The notes beneath the pieces are model-generated. The model was not told where the DNA came from, did no database searches, and was given only the letters and a program-made list of their open reading frames with translations. The position numbers and the translations under genes were made by a program. DNA of 64,000 bases from an uncultured Chthonomonadaceae bacterium (lineage in GTDB: Bacteria > Armatimonadota > Chthonomonadetes > Chthonomonadales > Chthonomonadaceae), in assembly GCA_963817895.1 (NCBI GenBank), contig CAWFQB010000014.1, forward strand, positions 672,001 through 736,000. Reading direction: 5' to 3'. Shown here in pieces: positions 11,001 through 21,405 of this stretch. Within the stretch, counting starts at the first letter, position 1. Each line of letters starts with the position of its first letter.

Positions 11001-11350
11001 AATTTGCCGGACGGGGGCATTTTCACTTTGCCGTCGTAGTTGAGGACGTGGATCAGAACGCTCTTGTCGGGTTCGCCGGGAACCAGAACGGGGCCATGCG
11101 CGTTGCCTTTGAGCAGAGCAGCCGGGGAATCAAGGCTGATGTCGGCGCGGATATTCTTACCTGCGTGACAGCCATAGCAGTTGTTGACCAGAACCGGCCG
11201 CACCTTGCTTTCAAAGAACATCGCCTGCTGCGGCGTGATCGCGGTTGCCGCCGACTTTTCCTGCCGCGCCTGTACACCCGTCACCGCCCCAATCGCCAGC
11301 AATCCCCCGCTCACAATGCCAACGCCCGCTGTTCGCCGTATGCCTGTCAT
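8004..11350 (-). CDS. Planctomycete-type cytochrome c / DUF1549 / DUF1553 (PSD1) protein with a CBM-like beta-sandwich insert; several apparent frameshifts
   Basis: FFESKVRPVL..NCYGCH, IDRFI, YGERWGRHWLDVARYADS, CARCHDHKFDPI, GRLELAQWI, THPELLDWLA, RRLEAE distributed over consecutive ORF fragments. Confidence 0.85.
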
Positions 11351-11586
11351 GCCTTCTCCCGCCAACTCGTAATCGCGCCCAAATCGTTGCTACTACTATA
11401 CCATGCGACACGATTTTACGCCCGTTGTTACCGGAAAGATGAGGAATGACAAACTGCGAAATACGCGAAATAAACGAAAAGAAGACATAGAACCGACGTA
11501 TCACGCTATTAAGAAGTTACGGAAGTTGCGCAAGCGCGAGTCGGTAAAAACGTCTGATGCTTCGAAATACAATGCTGTTGAAAAAT

Positions 11587-12042
11587 TCAGTAGGAGTAAA
11601 ATGGCTCGACATAACACCAATGTGGACGAATAATATTTCTCTTGTCCCATATTTTTACATCGTTCATTCCATCAAATGTGAACCACGCATCGCCTGGCAG
11701 AGAACCTGAACAGTAGACATATCCGGCAATGTCTTGCGCCATCTTTATCTTTCCATCGCCCCAATCCACTGAATACTTATCTACTGCTGCAGGAAACAAA
11801 AGCGCAAGCCCGGATCGCTTATCTTTGGTTTGGTAAACATGTCCGTTCTGAGTTAGCCAGGCCCATGATTGCGGAAGTGTAATATCTCCCGAAGAATTAG
11901 CTCGGAGTTTGCCTTCCTGCACCTGTGAGACAATCTCTTCATAACCAGAAAAACGTTGAGCCTCGCGCCGTTGATACAAGCCAAGCCCTACAAGAAGCAG
12001 ACAAATTATAAAAGCTAAAATAGAAAATAGACGTGTCTTCAT
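11587..12042 (-). CDS. Hypothetical protein with N-terminal TM helix, AT-richer
   Basis: MKTRLFSILAFIICLLLVGLGLY then a soluble domain. Confidence 0.6.
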   Translation of the reverse strand: MKTRLFSILAFIICLLLVGLGLYQRREAQRFSGYEEIVSQVQEGKLRANSSGDITLPQSWAWLTQNGHVYQTKDKRSGLALLFPAAVDKYSVDWGDGKIKMAQDIAGYVYCSGSLPGDAWFTFDGMNDVKIWDKRNIIRPHWCYVEPFYSY

Positions 12043-12049
12043 ACGCTCA

Positions 12050-12196
12050 TTATTCCTCCAATTCATCAGAACCACTGCCGCCAACAGCCGAACTTGTGTA
12101 GACCTTGAAAGGAACTTATAATGCTGCTTCCGACGCGCGACAATATACGAAACGATTGTAGGCGCGTTCAGCCACAGGCGGGTACAACGGATTCAT
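12050..12196 (-). pseudogene. Decayed HNH-endonuclease N-terminal remnant
   Basis: Manual translation MNPLYPPVAERAYNRFVYCRASEAAL*VPFKVYTSSAVGGSGSDELEE*, resembling the V..RA..RCEYC...GG.D start of small HNH nucleases; start overlaps the upstream gene stop. Confidence 0.5.
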
Positions 12197-12534
12197 GGCT
12201 GCGCCAATTTTCCCTGCTGTTCGAGGCGGGCCACAGTGGCATCCAGTTCCGTAAACATCAGCGAAGCGAGTTCCTGACGTTCCTGCGGGGCCAGCGTTTC
12301 ACGACGAGCCAGCAGTTCTTCCTTGCGGTCTTGCTGCGCCTGCGAAAAAAAGGCGTCCGGGCCGAACCTTTGGATCAGGACAACAGTTTCGCGCGCTTCC
12401 TCGCCCCAACCTATCATCAAGGCGTCGAGCGCCTCTCCCATCGTGCTTCCAACCGCCTCCTTCTCTCCCGCTGTGACGCGAAAGCGAGGAACATCCAGTG
12501 GCACACTATCGAGACGAATGGATATAGCCGTCAT
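12193..12534 (-). CDS. Small hypothetical protein, putative HNH-associated partner
   Basis: 113 aa, G.T.GEALDAL and PD.FF...QQ.R..EL motifs; directly upstream of the HNH remnant. Confidence 0.6.
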   Translation of the reverse strand: MTAISIRLDSVPLDVPRFRVTAGEKEAVGSTMGEALDALMIGWGEEARETVVLIQRFGPDAFFSQAQQDRKEELLARRETLAPQERQELASLMFTELDATVARLEQQGKLAQP

Positions 12535-12577
12535 AATTTTTCTTCCTTCCTTACTCACCTTCGGCTGACGAAGATTG

Positions 12578-12730
12578 TCTTGAACCATGATTTTTGTGAT
12601 TTCAGGATTACCATGATAAGACTTCCCAAAACGTAATCTCCACTCAACTTACTGAATGAGAGTTCAAGAAAGAGGAACGCGCCTCCTCCATCATGGTACT
12701 CATTTCAATCATATAAATCATGGTTCAAGA
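12578..12730. repeat. Intergenic inverted repeat (TCTTGAACCATGATTT arms)
   Basis: tcttgaaccatgattt at 12578 and aaatcatggttcaaga at 12715-12730. Confidence 0.75.
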
Positions 12731-12771
12731 AAAGTTTCTTCTATTTTGCCAATCAAATCGCGTTAGTGGCA

Positions 12772-14019
12772 TCAGGGCGCAGGAGAAATTTCAGCCGCTT
12801 TGGCCGCGTCCCGCGCGTTGTGAGGGTGTCCCGGCATGAAGCGCCGCTCTACCACGATATGAAATAGATAGGATACAACTATCGCAAAGGGAACGAAAAC
12901 AAATATCTCGAACATCAGAGCTGACCAGCCTACAAGATGTAATGCCTTCATGGACCCCTGCATCAGCCAACTCGCGGGCATGTGAATCAGATACAGACTG
13001 TAGGAGAACACCCCAACGCCTACCAACGCCCGCGACTCCAATACGCGCATCACCATAGACTGTCTCCCCTCACTCACCTTACCGGCCTGAGCCGCGCAAT
13101 AAATGAGTAATGCACTCATAAACGCGCCAGCCAAAAGATCGTCCCAGAGCGGTTTGAGGGTATCCATTAAAGCAAAGCCAACAATACACATGCCTAAACC
13201 AACGGCAACAGCGGCCCAGGGAACGTCATCCCGCAAACGCGCGGCACGAGCCGATTTGGAGAAACTGACAACGGCGCTCATCATTCCCACTGTAAACAGA
13301 GCAATGTACCACACGCAGAGATAATCGCCATTTCGTTCAGCCGGCAGCAGCAGGCGCGGCAGAATTCCTACTGCCAGCATCGCCAGCAGTGGAAACAACA
13401 TTCCGAACCGCCGCCAGAGTGGCAGCAGTATCAGAGGAAACAGAAAGTAAATCTGCCATTCCGGCGCGACGCTCCACATGGGTGGATCAATCGTCAGATA
13501 CCACGTCTGACTCAGGTTGTGCAGCAAAGTGACGTGCAGCAGCAGATTGACCGGGGCAAATACAGTGTCTGCCCTGAGTGGATGTATCAGAAGCGGGGAG
13601 TGCGCCCTGATGCGCCCGAATAGTATTATCGCGCTTGTGAACACCAGAGCGGCATAATAGGGGGGCAGGATGCGGCGGGCGCGGCGTTTGAAATAGTCCC
13701 ATGTGCCGCCCCGCAATTCCCCACTGGCGGAACGCGCTACCGGCAACATCAGACAGTACCCGGACAAAACGATGAATACGGCTACGCACATATTGGCATG
13801 CGCCAGCAACCGGAGCAGCCACACAGGCAAAATGCCTCTGTCAAGCAACAAATGAGTCTGCACGACGTATAAGGCCGCAAAGCCACGTGTCCCATCTAAA
13901 AACTCTAGCCTGACACGCCGCGCGCCAGTCTCAGCAGAGGAACGAACCGTCTCGGGTATTCCCTGTGTAAATGTCACTCCAATCTCCTTAACAACGACGT
14001 TTCGTTCCGCCTCTACCAC
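12772..14019 (-). CDS. Acyltransferase family 3 (OafA-like) membrane O-acyltransferase
   Basis: LDGTRGFAAL.V...H, FIVLSGY, RRARRILPPYY, WSVAPEWQIY, SYSLYLIH, VERRF. Confidence 0.88.
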   Translation of the reverse strand: MVEAERNVVVKEIGVTFTQGIPETVRSSAETGARRVRLEFLDGTRGFAALYVVQTHLLLDRGILPVWLLRLLAHANMCVAVFIVLSGYCLMLPVARSASGELRGGTWDYFKRRARRILPPYYAALVFTSAIILFGRIRAHSPLLIHPLRADTVFAPVNLLLHVTLLHNLSQTWYLTIDPPMWSVAPEWQIYFLFPLILLPLWRRFGMLFPLLAMLAVGILPRLLLPAERNGDYLCVWYIALFTVGMMSAVVSFSKSARAARLRDDVPWAAVAVGLGMCIVGFALMDTLKPLWDDLLAGAFMSALLIYCAAQAGKVSEGRQSMVMRVLESRALVGVGVFSYSLYLIHMPASWLMQGSMKALHLVGWSALMFEIFVFVPFAIVVSYLFHIVVERRFMPGHPHNARDAAKAAEISPAP

Positions 14020-14080
14020 ACCCGCGTTCGAAGTTTTCTGCCCCGAACGCGAACACTACACCATTTATCGTGAAGCCTTG

Positions 14081-15130
14081 TTACGCGCCGGGTTTGAGGA
14101 GTTTTTGCGCGTCGGGCGTGTTCATGTTTTCTTTAGTGATGACCATGACGCCGCTGTCTTGCAGTTTCTTGTCTATGGTTTCCTTCTTGATGGCTCTGAC
14201 AACGGTTTCCACGCCCTGATAGCCCATCTGGTACGGGTTCTGCACAATCAACGCCTGTATCGCGCCGTCTTGCAGAGCCTTGATCTCGTCTTCCGAACTG
14301 TCGAAGGCGACGAGTTTCACTTTGCCTTCCAGTCTCTTCTGCTTCAGCACCTGCGCCGCGCCCTCGCCGTTGGGCTGATTGGCCGCGAAGATACCGGCTA
14401 AATCTTTGTTGGCGGTCAGCATGTCATTGGTGCGGTCTACGGCTTTGGTCGGGTCGCCGCCCTCCAGATTGGAAACCACTTTGATGTCCGGGTACTTCTT
14501 CATCGCTTCCAGAAAGCCGCTTTCCCGCTCGTCATTGGAAGCGGAACCCTTCTTGAAGATTAAAATTCCGACATTGCCCTTTTTGCCAATCGCGTCCGCC
14601 AGTTTGTCCGCCGCCAGCTGCCCGCCCTTGACGTTATCCGTCGCGATATAGCAGACGGAATCGTCCTTGCCTTTGACAATTCCCGAGTCAACGGTGACGG
14701 TGGGAATGTTAGCCGCTTTCGCTGTTGTGACCGGTTGCGCGAGGGCCTCTGAATCAACAGCCGCCAGAACTATGCCGTCCACTTTATTACTAATCTGCGT
14801 TTGCACCACGTCTACCTGCTGCGTCACATCGTTTTCGGTTGCGGGGCCTTTCCAGAGTATCTCGACGTTGCCCATTTTCTTCGCCGCATCTTCGGCGCCC
14901 GCCTTGACTCCAAGCCAGAACGAGTTGGACGTGCCTTTGGGAATCACGGCAATCCGCAACCCCTTGCCCGCGCCACCGCTCCCGCCACCCCCGGTTGTGG
15001 GCGTTGCGGCAGTCGTCGTATCCCCCGTTGTCCCGCCACTCGCGCCCGTATTCTCTTTAGGGCAACCCCACAGCAACACGCTGCCCAAACAACTGACTGT
15101 CAACACGCCGATTTTTTGAACTGTTCGCAT
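14081..15130 (-). CDS. Sugar ABC transporter substrate-binding lipoprotein (RbsB-like)
   Basis: Lipobox LWGC, IAVIPKGTSNSFW, IATDN..GG, VAFD, QNPYQMGY. Confidence 0.9.
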   Translation of the reverse strand: MRTVQKIGVLTVSCLGSVLLWGCPKENTGASGGTTGDTTTAATPTTGGGGSGGAGKGLRIAVIPKGTSNSFWLGVKAGAEDAAKKMGNVEILWKGPATENDVTQQVDVVQTQISNKVDGIVLAAVDSEALAQPVTTAKAANIPTVTVDSGIVKGKDDSVCYIATDNVKGGQLAADKLADAIGKKGNVGILIFKKGSASNDERESGFLEAMKKYPDIKVVSNLEGGDPTKAVDRTNDMLTANKDLAGIFAANQPNGEGAAQVLKQKRLEGKVKLVAFDSSEDEIKALQDGAIQALIVQNPYQMGYQGVETVVRAIKKETIDKKLQDSGVMVITKENMNTPDAQKLLKPGA

Positions 15131-15141
15131 GGAAACTCCTT

Positions 15142-15260
15142 GAGAGTAGAGAGTAGGGGGTAGGCAGTAGGGAGTTGAAGGTGCCATTTCTGGCGTTCCA
15201 GGCAGATGTTAAACCTCACGGAAAGCATTTGCTACTCCCTACTGCCTACCCCCTACTCCC
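15142..15260. repeat. Hairpin of 7-nt tandem units (GAGTAGG / CCTACTC)
   Basis: gagtagagagtagggggtaggcagtagggagt versus ctactccctactgcctaccccctactccct. Confidence 0.8.
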
Positions 15261-16265
15261 TCGTTTTCTTCCCGGCCCAAACCGGTCATACAGTACCGCC
15301 AGAATCACGACCGCGCCGATAATCATGCGCTCGAAATTCGGGCTGACGTTGCTCAGGGCACAGCCGTTGCGGATGGTGAACATCAGCAGCGCCCCGATAA
15401 TGGTTCCCGGTATGCCGCCCTGCCCGCCGAAGAGGGATGTTCCGCCGATTACGGTAGCGGCGACAGCATACAACTCATAACTGGTTCCCGCGTCATACGC
15501 GGCAATGCTGGTGCGCGAAATGTTGACCACTGCCGCAATCCCCGCCAGCAGGCCGGAAAGCGCGAAGACTGAAATCACGCCCTTATCGAGCGATATACCG
15601 GACAGGCGCGCGGCCTCTTTGTTGCCGCCCATCGCGTAAATCGCCCGCCCCCATCGCGTTCGCGTCAGCAGGATACTGACGCCAATGGCGACAGCGATCA
15701 TAATCAGCACGGCGTAGGGAATGCCGTCGCGGTTCGCGCTGCCGAACAATTCCTGCGTTCCGAACACCTCAAAACCCGGCGCAAGCCCGCCGATGTTTTT
15801 GGAACCGGCCAGCATACCGCCCGCGCCGTATACCACGCCCATCATGCCCAATGTTACGATGAATGAGGGGATTTTGCCGAACGCGGTAATCAGCCCTGTC
15901 AGCGTTCCCGCCGCCAGCCCAGACATAATCGCCAGCAGAACGGCGGGCCACACGCCCACCCCATGATGCGCCATCGCTTCCGCAGCGGCAACCCCGGCAA
16001 ACGCCATCACCGCGCCTACCGATAAATCTATGTTACCGGAGATAATCACCGCTGTCTGCCCACACGCCAGTATCGCGATAACGGCGGACTGAATGGCGAT
16101 CTGCTTGAGGTTGTCCCGTTCCGCGAAATGCGGCACGCGCAGAGCAAGCGCGGTGCCAAGCAGCAGCAGAAACGAGAGGGGAGCCAGCGTGCTGGAAACG
16201 CGCTGCAACAGGGTTCCGCGCTTTACCAACGTCGGTTCGCTCGAAGGAAGGGAGGTTGTCCCCAT
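15246..16265 (-). CDS. Sugar ABC transporter permease (RbsC-like)
   Basis: GNIDLSVG, IPSFIVTLG, GRAIYAMGGNKEAARLSGI, IGGTSLFGGQG. Confidence 0.9.
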   Translation of the reverse strand: MGTTSLPSSEPTLVKRGTLLQRVSSTLAPLSFLLLLGTALALRVPHFAERDNLKQIAIQSAVIAILACGQTAVIISGNIDLSVGAVMAFAGVAAAEAMAHHGVGVWPAVLLAIMSGLAAGTLTGLITAFGKIPSFIVTLGMMGVVYGAGGMLAGSKNIGGLAPGFEVFGTQELFGSANRDGIPYAVLIMIAVAIGVSILLTRTRWGRAIYAMGGNKEAARLSGISLDKGVISVFALSGLLAGIAAVVNISRTSIAAYDAGTSYELYAVAATVIGGTSLFGGQGGIPGTIIGALLMFTIRNGCALSNVSPNFERMIIGAVVILAVLYDRFGPGRKRGSRG

Positions 16266-16570
16266 AAACGCTGCCCTTTCCATGATAGCAGGAGATTGCT
16301 TCGGGTTGTCCCGAAAACGCCTAATCATAGCAGACACGCCGCTCCATGTCAATTATTTTCTTGTTTTGGACACGGCAGCGCGTATTATTTTCTGTTTTTC
16401 AGGTTTCATTGCGCAGGAATTTGTTACTGGAAGCGCGAATGAGTGGTTTGTGGTATTCTTTAAGTAGTATCCTCACAGGATGATAGTTTCTCATAATCAA
16501 TTTATAAATTCCCGCCACAATAGAATTCACAGGGGATGATTGTATCCCGCCTGCCCGTTCCAAGGAATCT

Positions 16571-17953
16571 ATGCGCCCTACTTTGCCACCAACTGTTGTT
16601 CTCCTACAGGATATGCTGCGGCGTCCGCGCGTTGTGTTTGCTTCCATCACAGACGGCTCCTTTCTGGCCTCCGCCCTGCTATGGGTCGTCACGCTGGGCG
16701 TCCTTGCGGGCGCTACGGGGACCTTTGCCGGCCTGAGCGGCAAGACAAGTTATGGAGAGGATTGGTGGCGCGCGATGCCCCTGACGCGCGCCGTCACGCT
16801 GTCCATCTGGTTCAGCCTGACGGACATATTATGGGCAACCCTGCTGACCTGGGCGCTGGCCCGCCTCGCGCGAGAAGCGCTCCGCTTCGACGCGCTGCTC
16901 ACCGCTCTTTGCCTCGCCTCCGCGCCCTGCCTGCTGACCACGCTCACCTTTCCCATGCGCGACACCGGATGGATAGCTTTGCACATCTGGCAGGGATTGA
17001 ACGTCATTGTTGTCGTGTGGGTGTCCCTGCTGACCTGTTGGGGCGTACAAAACTGCCTCCACTCTTCGTTCGGCAAAGCCGCGCAATGCAGCCTGCCTGC
17101 CCTGCTGATTGTGTGGACTATCGGTTACAAAGCGCATATCGCGAATCCGACAAATTTCCGCGCCGCCTGTCGTTGGGAAGTGTGGGAGGGCAAACACACG
17201 CGCGTGTTCACGCTTCCGGGCAAGAGTCCCAGAGACATCTCCCTGCTGGCGCAGGGGCTGGACAAACTGACCGAACAGGACTGCGCTGTATTGGGCGAAT
17301 CGCCGTTGAACTTCAAGATAGATTTTTTCTGCTTCGACGATGATGCGCAACAGCGCCGCTATGCCGGTTCCCCCGAAGAACCGGAGAATACCGCGCATAC
17401 CTTCTGGGACGCGATCACGCTCTCGTATGATACGTGGGATCATCTGCACACGCAAATGGCGCACGAAATCTGCCATGTCGCGCTGGCAAACCATCTTTCG
17501 GACAAAGTGCATGGGCTGTTGGATGAGGGGCTGTGCGAGTATGTCGCCCATACGGTCGTGCCGGACGCCAACGCCCTGCCGCCCCTGCCCGCCTCCACCC
17601 TGCCCCTGCGAACTCTGGCGCGTTCCGAAGTGTTTCTGGATTGGGAACAGATGAACGAAGAGGGCGCAGACGAGGAGGACTCGGAATGGAAGCACTACCG
17701 CAGCGCGGAATCGCTGACGGAATATCTGGTACAGCGCTACGGCATGACAAAGTTCAAGACGCTGTATCGCCGCTTCGCCTGGCACGGACGCGACCGCGAC
17801 CCGGACAATGACGAGGGCAAGCAGTTCGCCCATGCCGTTCAGGACGTGTACGGCCTCACCTTAAAGGAACTGGAAACCCAATGGCGCGCGACCGCCGCCG
17901 CTTCTCCTGAACCTGCCGTTAAAATCCCTACCGCCGCTGTTCCCGCGCAATAA
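16571..17953 (+). CDS. Multi-TM (Yip1-like) domain fused to a zincin (peptidase MA-like) domain
   Basis: Five hydrophobic helices followed by HEICH...LDEGLCEY and Y..A....YL...YG motifs. Confidence 0.65.
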   Translation: MRPTLPPTVVLLQDMLRRPRVVFASITDGSFLASALLWVVTLGVLAGATGTFAGLSGKTSYGEDWWRAMPLTRAVTLSIWFSLTDILWATLLTWALARLAREALRFDALLTALCLASAPCLLTTLTFPMRDTGWIALHIWQGLNVIVVVWVSLLTCWGVQNCLHSSFGKAAQCSLPALLIVWTIGYKAHIANPTNFRAACRWEVWEGKHTRVFTLPGKSPRDISLLAQGLDKLTEQDCAVLGESPLNFKIDFFCFDDDAQQRRYAGSPEEPENTAHTFWDAITLSYDTWDHLHTQMAHEICHVALANHLSDKVHGLLDEGLCEYVAHTVVPDANALPPLPASTLPLRTLARSEVFLDWEQMNEEGADEEDSEWKHYRSAESLTEYLVQRYGMTKFKTLYRRFAWHGRDRDPDNDEGKQFAHAVQDVYGLTLKELETQWRATAAASPEPAVKIPTAAVPAQ

Positions 17954-17974
17954 CGCTCACACCGATATTGACAG

Positions 17975-18015
17975 GCAGCCTCCGGCAAACAAATGTTGTG
18001 TTTGCCGGAGGCTGC
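17975..18015. terminator. Hairpin between convergent genes, probable bidirectional terminator
   Basis: gcagcctccggcaaaca ... tgtttgccggaggctgc perfect 17-bp stem. Confidence 0.6.
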
Positions 18016-18176
18016 TTCTTGCCATTTCAAACCAGACGGCATGAGCTTCGTTCGCCGCCTCAACAGTACGTTTTCAATGAAGGCTCGAATACGCCCTCTC
18101 GTTACGGAGAGTTTGACAGCTACGCTCTCCCCTCTCCTGGCGCGTTGCGCGGCAAGGAGAGGGGCCGGGGGTGAGG

Positions 18177-19112
18177 TTAACGCGGGGGCATGGGCGGGCT
18201 GGGAATGGTCTGTGCGCTCTGCCCGCTGTTGCTGACGCTTGTTGTCGTGGTTGGCTGAACCGGCAGGTCGAGGCGCGGCGACACAATGGCCTGTGTCGCC
18301 CCCGGCACGTTAATCTGCCCCGTAATGCTGCTCACGCCGACCTGCGAACCGACCGCCTGAAACGTGCCGTCCGAGCCGATGCCTGTAACCATCAGACCAT
18401 CCAGAACCAGACTGGGAACCACGTAATTTCCCGTTTGCGCGCTAATCAGCGGCATGTTGTTGTGGTTGAGCAGGCGCGCGACAAACTGGAATGTTGTGCC
18501 GGAAACCACGCCGCTGCTGTTCGTGGCCGGCGACGAGATGCTGACTCCACCCACCTGATTGACGTCGAAGGCGGTCGGCGGCATGGCAAGCACCACTTCT
18601 GTAGCGCGGTTTTCGGTCAGCAACAGACTGACTTTCTGCGCCTGGTACGGCGTTTTGGCCGGGTCTACGCTGACAACAACATTGGTGACACTGAGCGGCC
18701 CGTTCGCCAGATGCTTGCCCGTGACAATGCCGTCTACGCTAAACTGCCCCTGCGCATCGGTTATCACCCGGTAACTCACAGTCTGCTTCCCGGTGGGCGT
18801 GGAAACAACCGTCACGACCAGATTGGCAAGCGACTGCTGTGGATTGTCCGCAACCAGCACCTTCCCCACAATTCGAGACTTGCCATCTGGAACGCCATCC
18901 CCGGTAAACCCCACGCCGCATCCGCAGAGGCCGCATAACAGCGCGCTGCCGACCAGCAGGACACAACGCCGCGTCCATTTTGCGGCAGGAGTGAATGACA
19001 TATTCATCGGCATATTCTGCTCCGGTTCAGGCGCAGTCGGCGGCAGCGCGCAGCGTCGCGCGCCTTTGACCGTTGGTTCATCGTCAGTTACAGGCGTCAT
19101 GTCACTCCTCAA
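18177..19112 (-). CDS. Exported/lipoprotein with carboxypeptidase-regulatory-like and Ig-like beta domains (start uncertain)
   Basis: LLCGLCGCG lipobox-like segment, TDAQGQFSVDG, beta-strand-rich composition. Confidence 0.6.
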   Translation of the reverse strand: MRSDMTPVTDDEPTVKGARRCALPPTAPEPEQNMPMNMSFTPAAKWTRRCVLLVGSALLCGLCGCGVGFTGDGVPDGKSRIVGKVLVADNPQQSLANLVVTVVSTPTGKQTVSYRVITDAQGQFSVDGIVTGKHLANGPLSVTNVVVSVDPAKTPYQAQKVSLLLTENRATEVVLAMPPTAFDVNQVGGVSISSPATNSSGVVSGTTFQFVARLLNHNNMPLISAQTGNYVVPSLVLDGLMVTGIGSDGTFQAVGSQVGVSSITGQINVPGATQAIVSPRLDLPVQPTTTTSVSNSGQSAQTIPSPPMPPR

Positions 19113-21113
19113 GATTGGGAAGGGGCAGAATCGCTTTCCACAGCAATCATGTCATTAAGCGGCGGCCAACCGGCCTGTTCCAGGAACGAGTTCAGTTCCG
19201 TGGCGCGTCCCTGTTGCCGCAATAATCGCGCCAGACGCGCGTACACCGCGAGACAATCCTCGTTTTCCAGCAGCGTGTCAGAAAGATCGGCGGCAAGCAG
19301 GCTTGTCCGTAACGCTTCCAGAATGGCAACGGCAGCCTGTAAATGCTGTTCGGCGCGTTCCGTAGCCGGAGTGGGAGCGGCAAGCGCGATTTGCGCCAGA
19401 ACATCATTGGCCCGCCAGCGCGACTCAATAAACTGCGTGTCATTCGCAAGCGTCAGCGCGGTCTGGGCTTCGATTTGCGCCTGCGCCAGCAATGGCTCTT
19501 GCGGCGCGTTTTGTCCCCCGTCAATCGCGGTATTTGGACGAGATTCCTGCGGGGCGGTTACAGCCGTTTGCGCGGTTCGCAGCAGGATTTCCGCTTGCCG
19601 GACACGCGCCAGACTTTCCAGATGCCGCGCTCCGAGATTGCGGGCAAGCGCGAGCGCGCGACCGGACGCTTCCTGTAATCCGGCTGCATCTCCGTTAAGC
19701 GCGGCTAAACGCGCGAACCGCAGGCGACACTCCACCTCGGAACGGGCGTAATTGACGGACGTAGTGACATTGAGGGCTTGCGTGGCGTGGTAACGCGCTT
19801 CGCCGCGCCTTCCACTCGCGCCGGTGTAAGCATCCGTCAGCGCGAGATGGGCGTACAGTTCCCCAAGCCGATCCCCACGCGACAGGGCAAAGGCAAGCGC
19901 GTCCTTGCCGTTGTTAATTGCGGCGTCAAAATCGCCCGACGTGGCCTGAAAAATGCCCAGCGCGATTCGCGCCATCGTTTCCCGGCGCAGGTCGCCTACG
20001 AACCGCGCCAACTGCAGCATAGTTGTCAGTCCTGCGCTGCGCCTGCGCCCACTGTCCTGTATACAGGTCGCACCATCCCAGGTCAAGTCGCGCAGGAAGA
20101 TTCTGATCGGCATTGCCCAACGCTTCGGCATCCGAAAGACACTTTTCCGCCAGTCGCCGCGCTTCCGCCAGATCGCCTCCTGCAAGATAGACGTTGCGGC
20201 GATTGGTATTGACGTACAGCAGGCCAACGGCAATCTCCTGCGCGTCCCCGGCGCGATTTGCCTGCCCCTCTTCCAGCAGAATAGCGGCCTCCTCAAATCG
20301 CTGCATCGCCTGCGCATATTCTCCCTTTTGCTCATGGATACTGCCAAGCGACAGCAGGCTGCGCCATCGGGCGGAGAAATCATCGCTATCCATAATGCGC
20401 TGAAATTGTTCGCGCGCCTCTTCGGTTCGGCCCATCATCAACAGCGCTTTGCCAAGACTCTGGCGGGCGGATAGTTCGCGCAGCGCGTTACCTGTCTCGA
20501 TGGACAGGGCAATGGCGCGGTTGAGAGCTTCGACGGCGCGGGGAAAATCGCCGATTTTGTTCAGCGCGATGCCTAAATCCAACTGGGCGCGGGACTGCGT
20601 CGGGGTATCGCCCGTCTGCGCAGCCAGCGAAAGGATACGCTCGCAGGTAGACGCGACAGCGCGATAATCCGGCGGGCTTTCCTGCGCGTCGGCGAGTTCC
20701 TGAAGCGCGCGCAGTCCCTCATTAAGGCGCGTGGTAACATCCTGTGGCGTCAGGGTGGGTGAAGGAGTCGGGGAAACTTCGGGCGTGGGTGTGGAAGGTG
20801 TTTCTACAGAAGGCGCAGGAGTAGCATTGGCTTCAGCGGACGCGCCTGAAGCCTGTGATGCGACGCGTAGTTCGGTATCTGCGATTTCAGAAGATTCGCT
20901 ATAAAAGAAGGTAAGAGGAACGCCGCATTGTACGGCGATTTGCTGAAGGCGATCCGGCTGCGCCAGTGTGGAACCGGAAAGGTATTGATAAATAAGAGCG
21001 CGTGAACAGCCGATGCGTCCCGCCAATTCCTCAATGGAAATGCCGGCGCGTTCTACGGCCTGCTGAATGCGTTGTCCCTGTTCACGTCGTCCCTGTCGGG
21101 TGCTTAAATCCAT
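19109..21113 (-). CDS. XRE-family HTH regulator fused to TPR repeats (apparent frameshifts near 20030-20100)
   Basis: GISIEELAGRIGCSRALIYQYLSG HTH; TPR-like LG..L...GD...A repeats continue into ORF 19109-20383. Confidence 0.75.
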
Positions 21114-21405
21114 GCCGCGCGGTGCTTTCTGCTCGCCAGCCTGGGGGGAAATCGGGAAATTTAAGGTAGGCTACTCAATTCAGGTGTCAGGTTTCAGGTT
21201 TCAGGTGATTGGACGCGACGGCATTATTTTGCGCCGGACCAACACCTTTCAACGATTGCCTGCTGCATCCTGTATAGCGTTATTTTTATGGCGTTATATC
21301 GGGCGCGTGGAGGGACACGGCCAACTATAAATTCAGTTTAGCACGTTTGCCCTGTCCGCGTCAAGACGAATCAACAGAAAATACAAAATATCCCTGTCCG
21401 TCGTG

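Noticed and set aside
5797..16265. pdxT without pdxS, and sugar ABC genes without an ATPase
   Set aside because: Split operons are common, and the partners may be elsewhere in the genome.
18125..18176. CCCCTCTCC...GGAGAGGGG hairpins (also 37445-37495 and 51861-51907)
   Set aside because: These are real but belong to a common type of intergenic palindrome; nothing specific can be inferred.
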